A DNA stretch of 64,000 nucleotides from Flavobacteriales bacterium (GTDB lineage Bacteria; Bacteroidota; Bacteroidia; Flavobacteriales_C; GCA-002722245): assembly GCA_023251095.1 (NCBI GenBank), contig JAHEZL010000001.1:131871-195870 (forward strand). Reading direction: 5' to 3'. Below, one piece after another: positions 22,121 to 31,269 of this stretch. The notes below the pieces were generated by a model, which saw only the letters and a program-made list of their open reading frames with translations, ran no database searches and had not been told where the DNA came from. The position numbers were made by a program, and so were the translations under genes. The stretch's first letter is position 1. Every line of letters starts with the position of its first letter.

Positions 22121-22903
22121 TTACTCATTACTTAAAAACACCCTCATATATGCGGAGGTATGTTCCTTTGTATAGTTGGTGTATTCAAAAAAATCAAGGC
22201 TGCAAAACTGCAAATATAAATACCCATCGGTTTGACTTGCTGTTACTGTTCCATAAGGAAAGCTGGGGTTAACGGCCTGTTTATAGCTTTGTCCATCACA
22301 ATCATACACATACAGAACACTTACCTGATTATCGTAACCAAGTGAATAAATATCCGAAACAATAGTGTAAGTCCCGCTAATATCCTTCAATGGCTTTTTG
22401 AATGCAAAAATCAATTCTTGCGCTTTATGGGTTCCGGCATTCGGTATGGAAAAAGAAACATAATGAGTTCCGGAAATATAGTCTCCGGAATCCGCTAGAG
22501 TCAAGGGAGAGCTATAAAAAGTCCTATTAAATCTGTTTAAAGCCACCGTGCTACAAATGGAACTTGCCTGTTTGACATATACCTCAATTTCCTTTTCAAC
22601 GATACAGTCCAGATATTCCACCACAAAGGTGTAAGTACCACTTTGATCATATTGAATGGCTGGAAGCAATAATGTGTTTCCCGAAACAGTTTCTCCGTTA
22701 GGCAATTTCCAATGATTATTCACACCTGTGGTATTGGTGATGCCATTGGCCTGTAAGGTATCTCCTGAATTATACGTCAGCTTGGCAATGGAGATACTGG
22801 AAGTAATATCAGCACAGTTCGCATGTTTAGCACAAGATAAATTACTTGCTATAAAAATATAGCTTAAGCAAGCAAATACAGCGGTTGGTATTTTCAATTT
22901 CAT
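22121..22903 (-). CDS. hypothetical secreted lipoprotein (beta-rich, possible Ig-like fold)
   Basis: 260 aa. Signal peptide plus lipobox (IASNLSC). No enzymatic motifs. Confidence 0.5.
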   Translation of the reverse strand: MKLKIPTAVFACLSYIFIASNLSCAKHANCADITSSISIAKLTYNSGDTLQANGITNTTGVNNHWKLPNGETVSGNTLLLPAIQYDQSGTYTFVVEYLDCIVEKEIEVYVKQASSICSTVALNRFNRTFYSSPLTLADSGDYISGTHYVSFSIPNAGTHKAQELIFAFKKPLKDISGTYTIVSDIYSLGYDNQVSVLYVYDCDGQSYKQAVNPSFPYGTVTASQTDGYLYLQFCSLDFFEYTNYTKEHTSAYMRVFLSNE

Positions 22904-22946
22904 TTTAAAATTCTGATTAACACAAATTCATCCAGTAGAGAGCGGC

Positions 22947-23004
22947 AAAAATAAAAAGTTCATCCCGAATTTAAAAGGATGGCCTGCTTTTTTATCAACA
23001 CAAC
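22947..23004 (-). promoter_or_regulatory. conserved ~58-bp leader element upstream of the 22121-22903 lipoprotein gene (copy 2 of 2)
   Basis: Paralogous to 22028-22085. On the - strand it contains the exact -7 consensus TATTTTTG. Confidence 0.45.
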
Positions 23005-23043
23005 TTATACAAAAAGAGATCGTTTTAATTTAAAAGAACTACT

Positions 23044-23178
23044 ATGAAGAAGGTGTGGATTGTTGCGGTGCTGTTGATATTGGTAGTGGGCTTTGAAAGT
23101 TGCGCTTCCAAATACTGTGTAGGCGGTAAATCAAAATACAAAAGAATGAAGAGAGATACGACGATGATGGTGTTTTAA
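23044..23178 (+). CDS. candidate small lipoprotein ORF (44 aa), missed by the 60-aa ORF cutoff
   Basis: MKKVWIVAVLLILVVGFESC ASKYCVGGKSKYKRMKRDTTMMVF. Typical signal peptide plus lipobox Cys. Sits in an otherwise empty 318-bp intergenic gap. Confidence 0.3.
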   Translation: MKKVWIVAVLLILVVGFESCASKYCVGGKSKYKRMKRDTTMMVF

Positions 23179-23221
23179 TTTGTCAGGATTTCATACTTTT
23201 CCCGACGAATAGTAAAAAACC

Positions 23222-23716
23222 ATGAAAAGTTTAATCATTCTATTTCTTTCCGGCAGTGTGTTTATCGTCGCCTGCGCAAAAAACAAAATTGAAAACTCCA
23301 CAATGGAAAGTGTTTTCAAGGAAATAAATACAAATAGTGATTATACTTTTTACAAAAACGACTCCAGCATACTTCCTTCTTCCCCGGAATCTGCTCATAC
23401 TGCATTCTTTCGCGTCCGCTTCAATGCAAAGGCTGCTTCTGCTTTAACCGATAACGGCAAACTTCCGGTTAACGGAACTTTTCCTGAAGGATCTATCATC
23501 GTTAAGGATTTGTACAACACACAAAACGGCGCCAAGGTACTTTACTCCGTTTTGAAAAAAGATAGCAGCAATCCCAATAGCAGCAATGGTTGGCTGTGGA
23601 TTGAGTACGAACCAAATGGAAAGGAAATATACAATATCAATGATAAAGGCGCCGGCTGCATAAGCTGCCATTCTAATAACGACAGAGACAATGTGCGGCT
23701 GTTCAATTTGTTTTAA
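23222..23716 (+). CDS. periplasmic heme-binding protein with single C-terminal CXXCH; cytochrome P460 / c'-beta-like
   Basis: 164 aa. Lipoprotein signal (FIVAC), single CISCH heme c motif about 20 aa from the C-terminus. Size and motif placement fit the cytochrome P460 family. Confidence 0.45.
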   Translation: MKSLIILFLSGSVFIVACAKNKIENSTMESVFKEINTNSDYTFYKNDSSILPSSPESAHTAFFRVRFNAKAASALTDNGKLPVNGTFPEGSIIVKDLYNTQNGAKVLYSVLKKDSSNPNSSNGWLWIEYEPNGKEIYNINDKGAGCISCHSNNDRDNVRLFNLF

Positions 23717-23807
23717 ATGCGATTATAAATCGCTTTAACTTTCGTTTCAGATTAAAAATCTGAAACTACCACTCCCGCCAATTGTTAAAAGCTTGTTCAT
23801 TAAAATA

Positions 23808-23839
23808 TTTGAATAAGCCGATGCCCTCAAGTACATTTG
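23808..23839 (+). promoter_or_regulatory. canonical Bacteroidetes sigma-A promoter for fsa: TTTG (23808-23811), 20-nt spacer, TACATTTG (23832-23839)
   Basis: Exact match to the TTTG-N19-21-TAnnTTTG consensus, 27 nt upstream of the ATG at 23867. Confidence 0.7.
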
Positions 23840-23866
23840 CAGCATTCTAAAAAATAAATCAACCAT

Positions 23867-24523
23867 ATGAAATTCTTCATCGACACAGCCAACCTCGCAC
23901 AAATTAAAGAAGCCGCAGATTTAGGAGTATTAGACGGTGTTACCACCAATCCTTCCCTAATGGCGAAAGAAGGAATCAAAGGCGATGCAGCTGTGTTGGA
24001 GCATTACAAAAAAATATGCGATATCGTTGACGGAGCCATCAGCGCTGAAGTAATCGCTACCGATTACGAAGGAATGATCAAAGAAGGAAAAATCCTCGCC
24101 GCCCTTCACCCTAACATCGTAGTTAAAGTTCCAATGATAAAAGACGGCGTGAAAGCCATCAAATATTTTTCTGAAAACGGAATCAAAACCAATTGCACTT
24201 TAATCTTCTCAGCCGGACAAGCTTTATTGGCGGCCAAAGCAGGCGCCTCCTACGTTTCTCCTTTTATCGGAAGATTAGATGACATCTCTCAAGACGGGAT
24301 GTTGCTGATTGAAGAAATTCGTTTGATTTTCGATAATTACGGATTTGCTACTGAGATTTTGGCTGCATCTGTTCGTCACAGTGCGCACTTACTGAAATGC
24401 GCGCACATCGGCGCTGATGTAGTGACTTGTCCGCTAAACGTTATCACTTCTTTATTGAATCACCCACTGACCGATTCAGGATTGAAACAATTCCTTGCCG
24501 ACCACGCCAAGGTGAACGCTTAA
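23867..24523 (+). CDS. fsa: fructose-6-phosphate aldolase / short transaldolase (TalC/Fsa family)
   Basis: 218 aa. [10 protein letters not shown]...GVTTNPSL signature of the short transaldolase family. Confidence 0.85.
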   Translation: MKFFIDTANLAQIKEAADLGVLDGVTTNPSLMAKEGIKGDAAVLEHYKKICDIVDGAISAEVIATDYEGMIKEGKILAALHPNIVVKVPMIKDGVKAIKYFSENGIKTNCTLIFSAGQALLAAKAGASYVSPFIGRLDDISQDGMLLIEEIRLIFDNYGFATEILAASVRHSAHLLKCAHIGADVVTCPLNVITSLLNHPLTDSGLKQFLADHAKVNA

Positions 24524-24527
24524 TTCC

Positions 24528-25148
24528 ATGTTGCTAAATATCCACCCTGACAATCCGCAGGAAAAACACATTCAAACCGTTGTTGATTGTTTGAAAGCTG
24601 GTGGTGTTATCATTTATCCAACCGATACCATTTATGCTTTCGGCTGCGATATCATGAATAAAAATGCAGTGGAAAAAATCTGTCAGCTCCGCGACATGAA
24701 ACCTGAAAAAGCTAATTTTTCTTTTGTGTGTCACGATTTGAGTCAGCTATCGAAATACGCTAACCAACTCGACAATTCTACATTCCGCTTGATGAAGAAA
24801 GCCCTTCCCGGCCCTTTCACTTTCATATTGGAAGCAAGCGGTGAAGTACCCAAAATATTTAAAGTCAAAAAGAAAACCATTGGAATTCGTGTTCCCAACA
24901 ACAATATTTGCTCGCAAATAACTGCCAAACTGGGCAATCCCATCATGAGCGCGTCCTTAAAAGCCGACGATGAAATACTGGAATACCTCACCGATCCTGA
25001 ATTGATTTATGAGAAATATGAAAAGCTGGTGAAACTGGTGATCAACGGAGGTTATGGGAATAACGAACCTTCAACGGTAATTGATTGCTCGCAAGGAGCT
25101 CCTGAAATTTTAAGAGAAGGGATAGGGAATATTCATCAGTATCTTTAA
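24528..25148 (+). CDS. tsaC: L-threonylcarbamoyladenylate synthase (TsaC/YrdC domain)
   Basis: 206 aa. YPTDTIYAFGCD motif of the YrdC/Sua5 family. Confidence 0.85.
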   Translation: MLLNIHPDNPQEKHIQTVVDCLKAGGVIIYPTDTIYAFGCDIMNKNAVEKICQLRDMKPEKANFSFVCHDLSQLSKYANQLDNSTFRLMKKALPGPFTFILEASGEVPKIFKVKKKTIGIRVPNNNICSQITAKLGNPIMSASLKADDEILEYLTDPELIYEKYEKLVKLVINGGYGNNEPSTVIDCSQGAPEILREGIGNIHQYL

Positions 25149-25166
25149 GCAGAGCCCGAAGAGAGT

Positions 25167-26060
25167 CTACTTCTGCATTATTTTAGTATAGCGATTGCCA
25201 TTCCCCGGATCAATCTTAGTCAGATACTCCATCATTGCCTGCCTGTCGCTTACGCTATCGTCTTTATAAAGATTAATGATTTCCTGATTTTTGGCGTCAA
25301 AAAAAACTTTGATGGAATAAGAGTTTGGTTTTCGTTTGATCACCGCTTCCAATAATTTAATGGCTTCGGTAATGGATTGACGGCCTTTCTCCGTTTCTTT
25401 TGCCATGACATCCAAACCTAAACGATGGTACTTATAATTACAAACGCGTATCGGCTCATACACTTCATTCATTAAATTCTCCATTAACCAATAGCGGTTT
25501 TTAGTTCCGTCGGTAGCTTTCCACCCTTGTGCAGCAACGTTTTGCGCATTATTGATAATGTTTTGCGCTTTTGAAAAATAATCGGTTCCGCCTTTCAGGG
25601 AAAAACTGTCGTAATCAAAACCAATCATCACATAAGCATAGTAAGCCAGCACAGAGGTAAGATTGGAGATGTACTCATTGTCGGAATAATCCAGTGTTTG
25701 CGAAGGCGTATAACTAAAACTAAAATCATTGTCGTTGATATCGAGCACCATCGATTTATAGGTCGTACCATACACCGGGCGGAACAACTGCACCTGCAAA
25801 GTTGCAGTAAACTGATCACTAGCAGGAGCGCCATTCACGCTGATAAATAAATTACAATCTATTTTCTCCTCAATGGAAAAAACATCGGAAGTCCATTTCC
25901 TGTTGTTCATGAAATCGGAAATATCCTTTTTGAGCTTTTGAAAAAGAGAAGCGTCGATACCTTGCACCTGAGCAGAATTCAAATCTACTTTGCAATTCAA
26001 TTCCTGAGCAAAGGACAATTGTGTTAAACCCAATAATATCAATAACAGTATGCGTTTCAT
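25167..26060 (-). CDS. DUF4835-like secreted protein (conserved coaBC neighbour in Bacteroidetes)
   Basis: 297 aa. Signal peptide MKRILLLILLGLTQLSFAQ. The start/stop abuts coaBC by 1 nt. Family assignment is from memory of conserved synteny. Confidence 0.4.
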   Translation of the reverse strand: MKRILLLILLGLTQLSFAQELNCKVDLNSAQVQGIDASLFQKLKKDISDFMNNRKWTSDVFSIEEKIDCNLFISVNGAPASDQFTATLQVQLFRPVYGTTYKSMVLDINDNDFSFSYTPSQTLDYSDNEYISNLTSVLAYYAYVMIGFDYDSFSLKGGTDYFSKAQNIINNAQNVAAQGWKATDGTKNRYWLMENLMNEVYEPIRVCNYKYHRLGLDVMAKETEKGRQSITEAIKLLEAVIKRKPNSYSIKVFFDAKNQEIINLYKDDSVSDRQAMMEYLTKIDPGNGNRYTKIMQK

Positions 26061-27268
26061 TAAAGAGATTTCGATTTTAAAATTTTCGCGATTTTATGGA
26101 CAATGTCGGAAGCTACTTCTTTTTTCGACTTTGACTCAAACGATTCAAGGGAAGAGTTATTGTCGACAAACACCACCTTATTTGAATCAGCACCGAAACC
26201 TTTGTTTTGCGCATTCAAGGAATTCAGCACTATAAAATCAGCATTTTTTCTTTTCACTTTTTCTTTGGCATTCTCTACTTCATTCTCGGTTTCCAGGGCA
26301 AATCCAACCAATACCTGTTTTGCTGTTTTCACCGAACCCAAATGCAATAAGACGTCTTTTGTTTTAGTAAGGGAAAGAGAAAACTCATTTTCCTTTTTCT
26401 TTATTTTCTGATCGGCTTTACTTACAGGCGCGTAATCTGCAACAGCAGCGGCCATCACAGCGACATCAACGTTTTTAAATTCAGAAGAACAAACAGTATA
26501 CATCTCTTCTGCAGAAACAATATCCACACGTTTTATTCCGGGAACTTTTGTGGTGATATCCGACGGGCCAATCACCAAGGTCACCTCTGCTCCATTGCGC
26601 GCCAGTTCTTCGGCGATGGCAACTCCCATTTTACCCGAAGAATGATTGCCTACAAACCTAACAGGATCAATGGCTTCATAAGTTGGTCCGGCATTAACGA
26701 GCGCTTTCTTTCCTTTTAGTTTTTTTTCAGTCAGCTGAGATTTAATGTGCTCCGCAATTTCCTCCGGTTCAGCCATACGCCCTTCACCAATCAAGCCGCT
26801 TGCCAGTTCGCCATAGCCCGGCTGTATCATCTCATTGCCAAAAGATTTCAGTTTTTCAATATTCTCCTGAGTTGCCGGATGCTTGTACATATCCAGATCC
26901 ATGGCCGGAGCGAACAACACCTGACATTTTGCCGACAGGTAAACCGCCATCAGTAAATTATCGCAAGCACCGTGCGCCATCTTGCTCAGCGTATTGGCAC
27001 TTGCCGGAGCAATTACCATCACATCGGCCCACAAAGCTAAATCAACATGATTGTTCCAGGTGCCGTCTTCTTTATTGGAAAATGCCGACAGTACCGGATT
27101 TTCGGAAAGGACGGATAAAGTGAGAGGGGTTATAAAATCAAATGCGGAAGGAGTCATTACAACTTTCACTTCCGCATTTTCTTTTTTTAATATTCTAACG
27201 AGGTACGCTACTTTATACGCAGCGATACTCGCGGTAACACCAATCAGTATTTTTTTGCCTTTAAGCAT
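26060..27268 (-). CDS. coaBC: bifunctional phosphopantothenoylcysteine decarboxylase / phosphopantothenate-cysteine ligase
   Basis: 402 aa. N-terminal flavoprotein domain and C-terminal DFP/CoaB domain. Confidence 0.9.
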   Translation of the reverse strand: MLKGKKILIGVTASIAAYKVAYLVRILKKENAEVKVVMTPSAFDFITPLTLSVLSENPVLSAFSNKEDGTWNNHVDLALWADVMVIAPASANTLSKMAHGACDNLLMAVYLSAKCQVLFAPAMDLDMYKHPATQENIEKLKSFGNEMIQPGYGELASGLIGEGRMAEPEEIAEHIKSQLTEKKLKGKKALVNAGPTYEAIDPVRFVGNHSSGKMGVAIAEELARNGAEVTLVIGPSDITTKVPGIKRVDIVSAEEMYTVCSSEFKNVDVAVMAAAVADYAPVSKADQKIKKKENEFSLSLTKTKDVLLHLGSVKTAKQVLVGFALETENEVENAKEKVKRKNADFIVLNSLNAQNKGFGADSNKVVFVDNNSSLESFESKSKKEVASDIVHKIAKILKSKSL

Positions 27269-27291
27269 AGAAAGACAAAAAATGAAGGGTA

Positions 27292-27648
27292 TTAATCGTT
27301 GTTTTCTTTTTCTTTCTCAATCTCTGCTTTTTGTTCAGCAGAAGGGTTTCTGAAGTAAATTTCTCCGTCTTCCCACTCTTTAGAAGCGATCAATACCGGC
27401 TTAGGCAAACGCTCATAAAACTTAGAGATTTCGATTTGCTCACGGTTTTCAAAAACCTCTTCCAAGCTGTCGGAAGCTGTAGCAAACTCCTCTAATTTTT
27501 GATTCAATTCTGTTTTCAAATCAACACCAACCTGATTGGCTCTTTTTGCCAAAACATTGATTACTTCATAAATGTTACCATCTTTTGAAAAGGCATTAAC
27601 ATCTCTTGTAATGGTGGAATGGGCTGCTTTAGTTTTCTTGTAATCCAT
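27292..27648 (-). CDS. rpoZ: DNA-directed RNA polymerase subunit omega-like protein
   Basis: 118 aa. Motif NIYEVINVLAKRANQ resembles the RpoZ core. Conserved position between bamD-like and coaBC. Confidence 0.5.
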   Translation of the reverse strand: MDYKKTKAAHSTITRDVNAFSKDGNIYEVINVLAKRANQVGVDLKTELNQKLEEFATASDSLEEVFENREQIEISKFYERLPKPVLIASKEWEDGEIYFRNPSAEQKAEIEKEKENND

Positions 27649-29344
27649 GGCTACGTTTTGTTAAATTTTCAATTTTACTTTTCACCTGCTGCTCTACTTT
27701 GCCTACAGACTGTAAGATCAGCGGGTTTTTAAAATTCATTTTTTCAATCTTCTGAATCTGCTCCAAAGCTTGCTGACAGAGCTTTAATCGCTCGTATCTT
27801 TCACTCTTTTTTGCCAGTTTAAATTCAGAAACAGCCCACAAATATACAATTTCATCCTGATATTTTCCCATCTTATTTTCCAATAAATAGATTTGTGCCT
27901 GCGACCTCACCCAATCGTATTGTTTTTTGTCGAACTGTTGCTGGAACAATGTCAACGGATAAGCATCTATTCGTTGCTGCGCCAAAGCCAGTAAATCCGA
28001 GGCTTTTTTCTCATACAAGGAGCCTTTTAAACGAGGAGCTTTGTCTTTGAATCCGTCTACCAAAGTGCGGTAATTTTCACAGCGACTGAAAATAGAAGAT
28101 TTTTCGGCAGCTTTTATTTCTGCATCCAATCCTTTAACAATAAACTTTTGAGCAAGAGCTTCGTCCGTCAGCACAGCCGCATATTCATAATAGTACTTAG
28201 CCGCCTTTTCAAAATTGAGTGAATTGTAATATTCATCCCCCATAATAGCAGGCAATTTTTTTATGGAATTATCGGCTGTTTGATATTTCAATGCTATTTC
28301 CCTGAAATACTCTGATTTAGCAAAGACTTCATTGCTTTTATATTCTTCAAACAGGGTTCTGAATTTAGTCAGTTCCAAAGCTCTTTTATCAGGCTCAACG
28401 CTTTGAGCATGCAAGTACTGCCCTTTCAGTTTGTAATGAATCATTTCAGCCGACTTATCGGGAAACTCACCCGAGGTCAGCAACTGATCAAAGCCCATAT
28501 TGGCCTGTGCATAATCTGCTTTGTTGAAATAATAAATCGGTAACTTGTAACGCAAGTGATTGATTTTTTCTTCGCTCTTTTGTTTTAGTTTTTGCAGCTC
28601 GGGAAGCTTAGATGATTTAGGGTGCGTTTTCGCAAATTTATCCACATACACCGCCACCTGACGGAAGCGCTCAATTTGCTTTTCTTCAATACTTTTTTCG
28701 GCATAATCATAAGTGGCCATAGCCATCATGTAGCGCATTTCTTCGGTATGTTTTGAATCGGGAAACTCCTTGCAAAAATTATCTCCTGCAACCACACTGG
28801 AACGGTATTCTCCAATATTAAAATACAACTTGGCGGTTTCAAAGGATTTTTTCTCAAGCTTATATTGCAGCTCATCCACACTGTTATTGGCCAACTCCGA
28901 GTATTTTCCTTTGGGATATTTTTCTAAAAACAACTGGAATTCATCGATGGCTTTTAATGTATACTCCTGATCCAGACTATAATCGGGAGAGAATTTAGTG
29001 TAACACACCCCTATCATGTATTGCATTTCCTCAGCATGTTCGCTGCGCGGGAAAGATTGAGCAAAATGACGAAACTGGTAAGCTGCCGTTAAATAATCTT
29101 CCAGATAATAATCGCAATAAACCCAATAATAATAAATGGTTTCGGTTTTTGAAGTCCCCCTGAAAGCCTGCAAAAGTTCTTTGAATAATTCGGATGCTTT
29201 CTCGTAATCCTTGTTTTCATAGTACTTCTGAGCCATTTCGTACTTGTAATCATAATTGGTGCTTTGCTGCACTTTCTTATAATTATCGCAAGAGCCGCAA
29301 AGAGCAACCAACAGGAAAAGGAAAACAAACTTCTTAAAAATCAT
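27629..29344 (-). CDS. TPR-repeat lipoprotein, BamD-like (outer membrane protein assembly factor BamD family, extended)
   Basis: 571 aa. Signal plus lipobox (LVALCGSC) and many TPR/YbgF-like repeats. Conserved bamD-rpoZ-coaBC synteny, but longer than typical BamD. Confidence 0.5.
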   Translation of the reverse strand: MIFKKFVFLFLLVALCGSCDNYKKVQQSTNYDYKYEMAQKYYENKDYEKASELFKELLQAFRGTSKTETIYYYWVYCDYYLEDYLTAAYQFRHFAQSFPRSEHAEEMQYMIGVCYTKFSPDYSLDQEYTLKAIDEFQLFLEKYPKGKYSELANNSVDELQYKLEKKSFETAKLYFNIGEYRSSVVAGDNFCKEFPDSKHTEEMRYMMAMATYDYAEKSIEEKQIERFRQVAVYVDKFAKTHPKSSKLPELQKLKQKSEEKINHLRYKLPIYYFNKADYAQANMGFDQLLTSGEFPDKSAEMIHYKLKGQYLHAQSVEPDKRALELTKFRTLFEEYKSNEVFAKSEYFREIALKYQTADNSIKKLPAIMGDEYYNSLNFEKAAKYYYEYAAVLTDEALAQKFIVKGLDAEIKAAEKSSIFSRCENYRTLVDGFKDKAPRLKGSLYEKKASDLLALAQQRIDAYPLTLFQQQFDKKQYDWVRSQAQIYLLENKMGKYQDEIVYLWAVSEFKLAKKSERYERLKLCQQALEQIQKIEKMNFKNPLILQSVGKVEQQVKSKIENLTKRSHGLQEN

Positions 29345-29383
29345 TTTTCAAAAATAGATAAATCAGTTCAGCAAACGCAAAGC

Positions 29384-30238
29384 TTACGACATTATTTGCA
29401 TCGCTCTTTGCTGAGCTTCAGAAAACAAGGTTTTGTTGAGGAACAATGCATTGCCCTTCGACTCTAAAAAACGAACGATGTTTTCGGTGGCCATATTGCC
29501 CACCAAATCGTCCTTCGCCATCGGACAACCGCCAAAACCCTTGATAGCACCATCAAATCGGCGACATCCTGCATCATAAGCGGCTTGCATTTTTTCCTCC
29601 CAGTTGTTGGGATGACTATGTAAATGCACACCCAACTCCACTCCTTTTAAATTGCCCACCAACGTTCCCATTAAACTTTTTATAGATGCTTCGTTTGAAC
29701 TTCCTATCGTATCCGACACCGCCATGATCTCCACTCCCAATGCTTTTAATTTCAAGGCCCACTCCAAAACAATTTCGCTGCTCCACTCCTCTGCGTAAGG
29801 ATTCCCAAAAGCCATGGATAAATAAACCACCGCTTTTTTATCGGAAGCCGAACACAAATCCAAAATCGCCTTCACCCTGTCGAGAGATTGCTCTCTGGTG
29901 GAATTGGTATTCCTGAGCTGAAACTGTTCTGAAACTGAAAAAGGAAATCCTAAATAGGTAATCTCTTTGTGTTTACACGCATCTTCGGCACCACGCTCAT
30001 TGGCGATGATGGCGAGCAATTTGGTTTTGCTTGCCGACAAATCCAGTCTCGCCAACACTTCTGCAGTATCCTTCAACTGAGGAATAGCCTTTGGAGAAAC
30101 AAAGCTCCCGAAATCCAGAATATCAAAACCCACCTTTAACAAGAGATTGAGATACTCCGCCTTTGTTTCGGTTGGAATAAAATCATGAATGCCCTGCATG
30201 GCATCTCTCGGACATTCTATTAAAGTAATTTTCTCCAT
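29384..30238 (-). CDS. hydroxymethylglutaryl-CoA lyase
   Basis: 284 aa. HMGL-like TIM-barrel motifs (ECPRDAMQG, HxH metal ligands). Confidence 0.85.
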   Translation of the reverse strand: MEKITLIECPRDAMQGIHDFIPTETKAEYLNLLLKVGFDILDFGSFVSPKAIPQLKDTAEVLARLDLSASKTKLLAIIANERGAEDACKHKEITYLGFPFSVSEQFQLRNTNSTREQSLDRVKAILDLCSASDKKAVVYLSMAFGNPYAEEWSSEIVLEWALKLKALGVEIMAVSDTIGSSNEASIKSLMGTLVGNLKGVELGVHLHSHPNNWEEKMQAAYDAGCRRFDGAIKGFGGCPMAKDDLVGNMATENIVRFLESKGNALFLNKTLFSEAQQRAMQIMS

Positions 30239-31269
30239 TATTTATTGGCCAGCGCCTTGTTTATTTGTTTGATCAAACCCGGACCCTCATATATAAAACC
30301 GGTGTACAACTGCACCAAAACAGCCCCGGCATTCAGTTTTTCCTGCGCATCTGCCGCCGAATGAATTCCACCAACCGCTATCACCGGAATTTCTTTTCCT
30401 AAACGAGAACACAAATAAGCAACAACTTCTGTTGATCTTTGGGTTAAAGGCTTACCGCTTAAACCTCCTGCACCAATATTTTCAACCACCGATTTTTCAG
30501 TGCTCAACCCCTCTCTGCTGATGGTGGTATTGGTGGCTATAATTCCTGAGAGTTTTACCTCTTTTGCAATAGCTACAATATCGTCCAACTGAGTATCCGT
30601 GAGATCAGGAGCTATCTTTAAAAGTAAAGGTTTACTTTTTTGTTTTAAATTATTGATATATTGTAATTTAACTAAAATATTTTTCAACGAATCCTTGTCC
30701 TGTAATTCCCTTAATCCGGGCGTATTCGGAGAACTTACATTCACCACAAAATAATCCACATAATCAAAGAGCGCATGAAAGCATTTTTCATAATCATTTA
30801 CCGCTTCTTCATTCGGAGTTACTTTATTCTTTCCGATATTCCCTCCGATGATCAAAGAAGGATTTCTTTTTTTCAATCTCAGCACAGCAGCCTCAACGCC
30901 TTCGTTATTGAATCCCATTCTGTTGATCAAAGCATTGTCCTTTGGCAATCTGAAGGATCGCGGTTTGGGATTTCCGGGCTGACCCACAGGAGTCAGGGTT
31001 CCTATTTCAATGAATCCGAAACCGAAACAAGCCAGCTCATCATACAACTTCGCATCCTTATCAAAGCCTGCAGCGAGTCCAACCGGATTTGGAAATTTTA
31101 ATCCGAAAACTTCCCGCTCTAAATTTTTATTTTTATAATTATAAATTCCTTTTATACAGCTTTTTACAAAAGGTATCTCGCAAATAACTTTAATTGAAGT
31201 AAACGCTATGTGATGCGCTTTTTCAGGTTGAAATAAAAACAAAACGGGCTTTACAATTCTTTTATACAT
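30238..31269 (-). CDS. pyrD: dihydroorotate dehydrogenase (quinone), class 2
   Basis: 343 aa. N-terminal membrane-association helix and PyrD class-2 motifs (GFDKD, GGI...). Confidence 0.9.
   Translation of the reverse strand: MYKRIVKPVLFLFQPEKAHHIAFTSIKVICEIPFVKSCIKGIYNYKNKNLEREVFGLKFPNPVGLAAGFDKDAKLYDELACFGFGFIEIGTLTPVGQPGNPKPRSFRLPKDNALINRMGFNNEGVEAAVLRLKKRNPSLIIGGNIGKNKVTPNEEAVNDYEKCFHALFDYVDYFVVNVSSPNTPGLRELQDKDSLKNILVKLQYINNLKQKSKPLLLKIAPDLTDTQLDDIVAIAKEVKLSGIIATNTTISREGLSTEKSVVENIGAGGLSGKPLTQRSTEVVAYLCSRLGKEIPVIAVGGIHSAADAQEKLNAGAVLVQLYTGFIYEGPGLIKQINKALANK

Noticed and set aside
22066-22272. 68-aa ORF beginning in the parE leader
   Set aside because: It starts with TTG inside the conserved leader element and runs antisense into the 3' end of the lipoprotein gene. 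No support as a real gene, though the short MACFFIN mini-ORF inside it is noted in the findings.
23744-23767. Hairpin GTTTCAGATTAAAAATCTGAAAC after the cytochrome-like gene, as a terminator
   Set aside because: Perfect stem but no following T-tract, and AT-rich. Could be a weak terminator, but not confidently callable.
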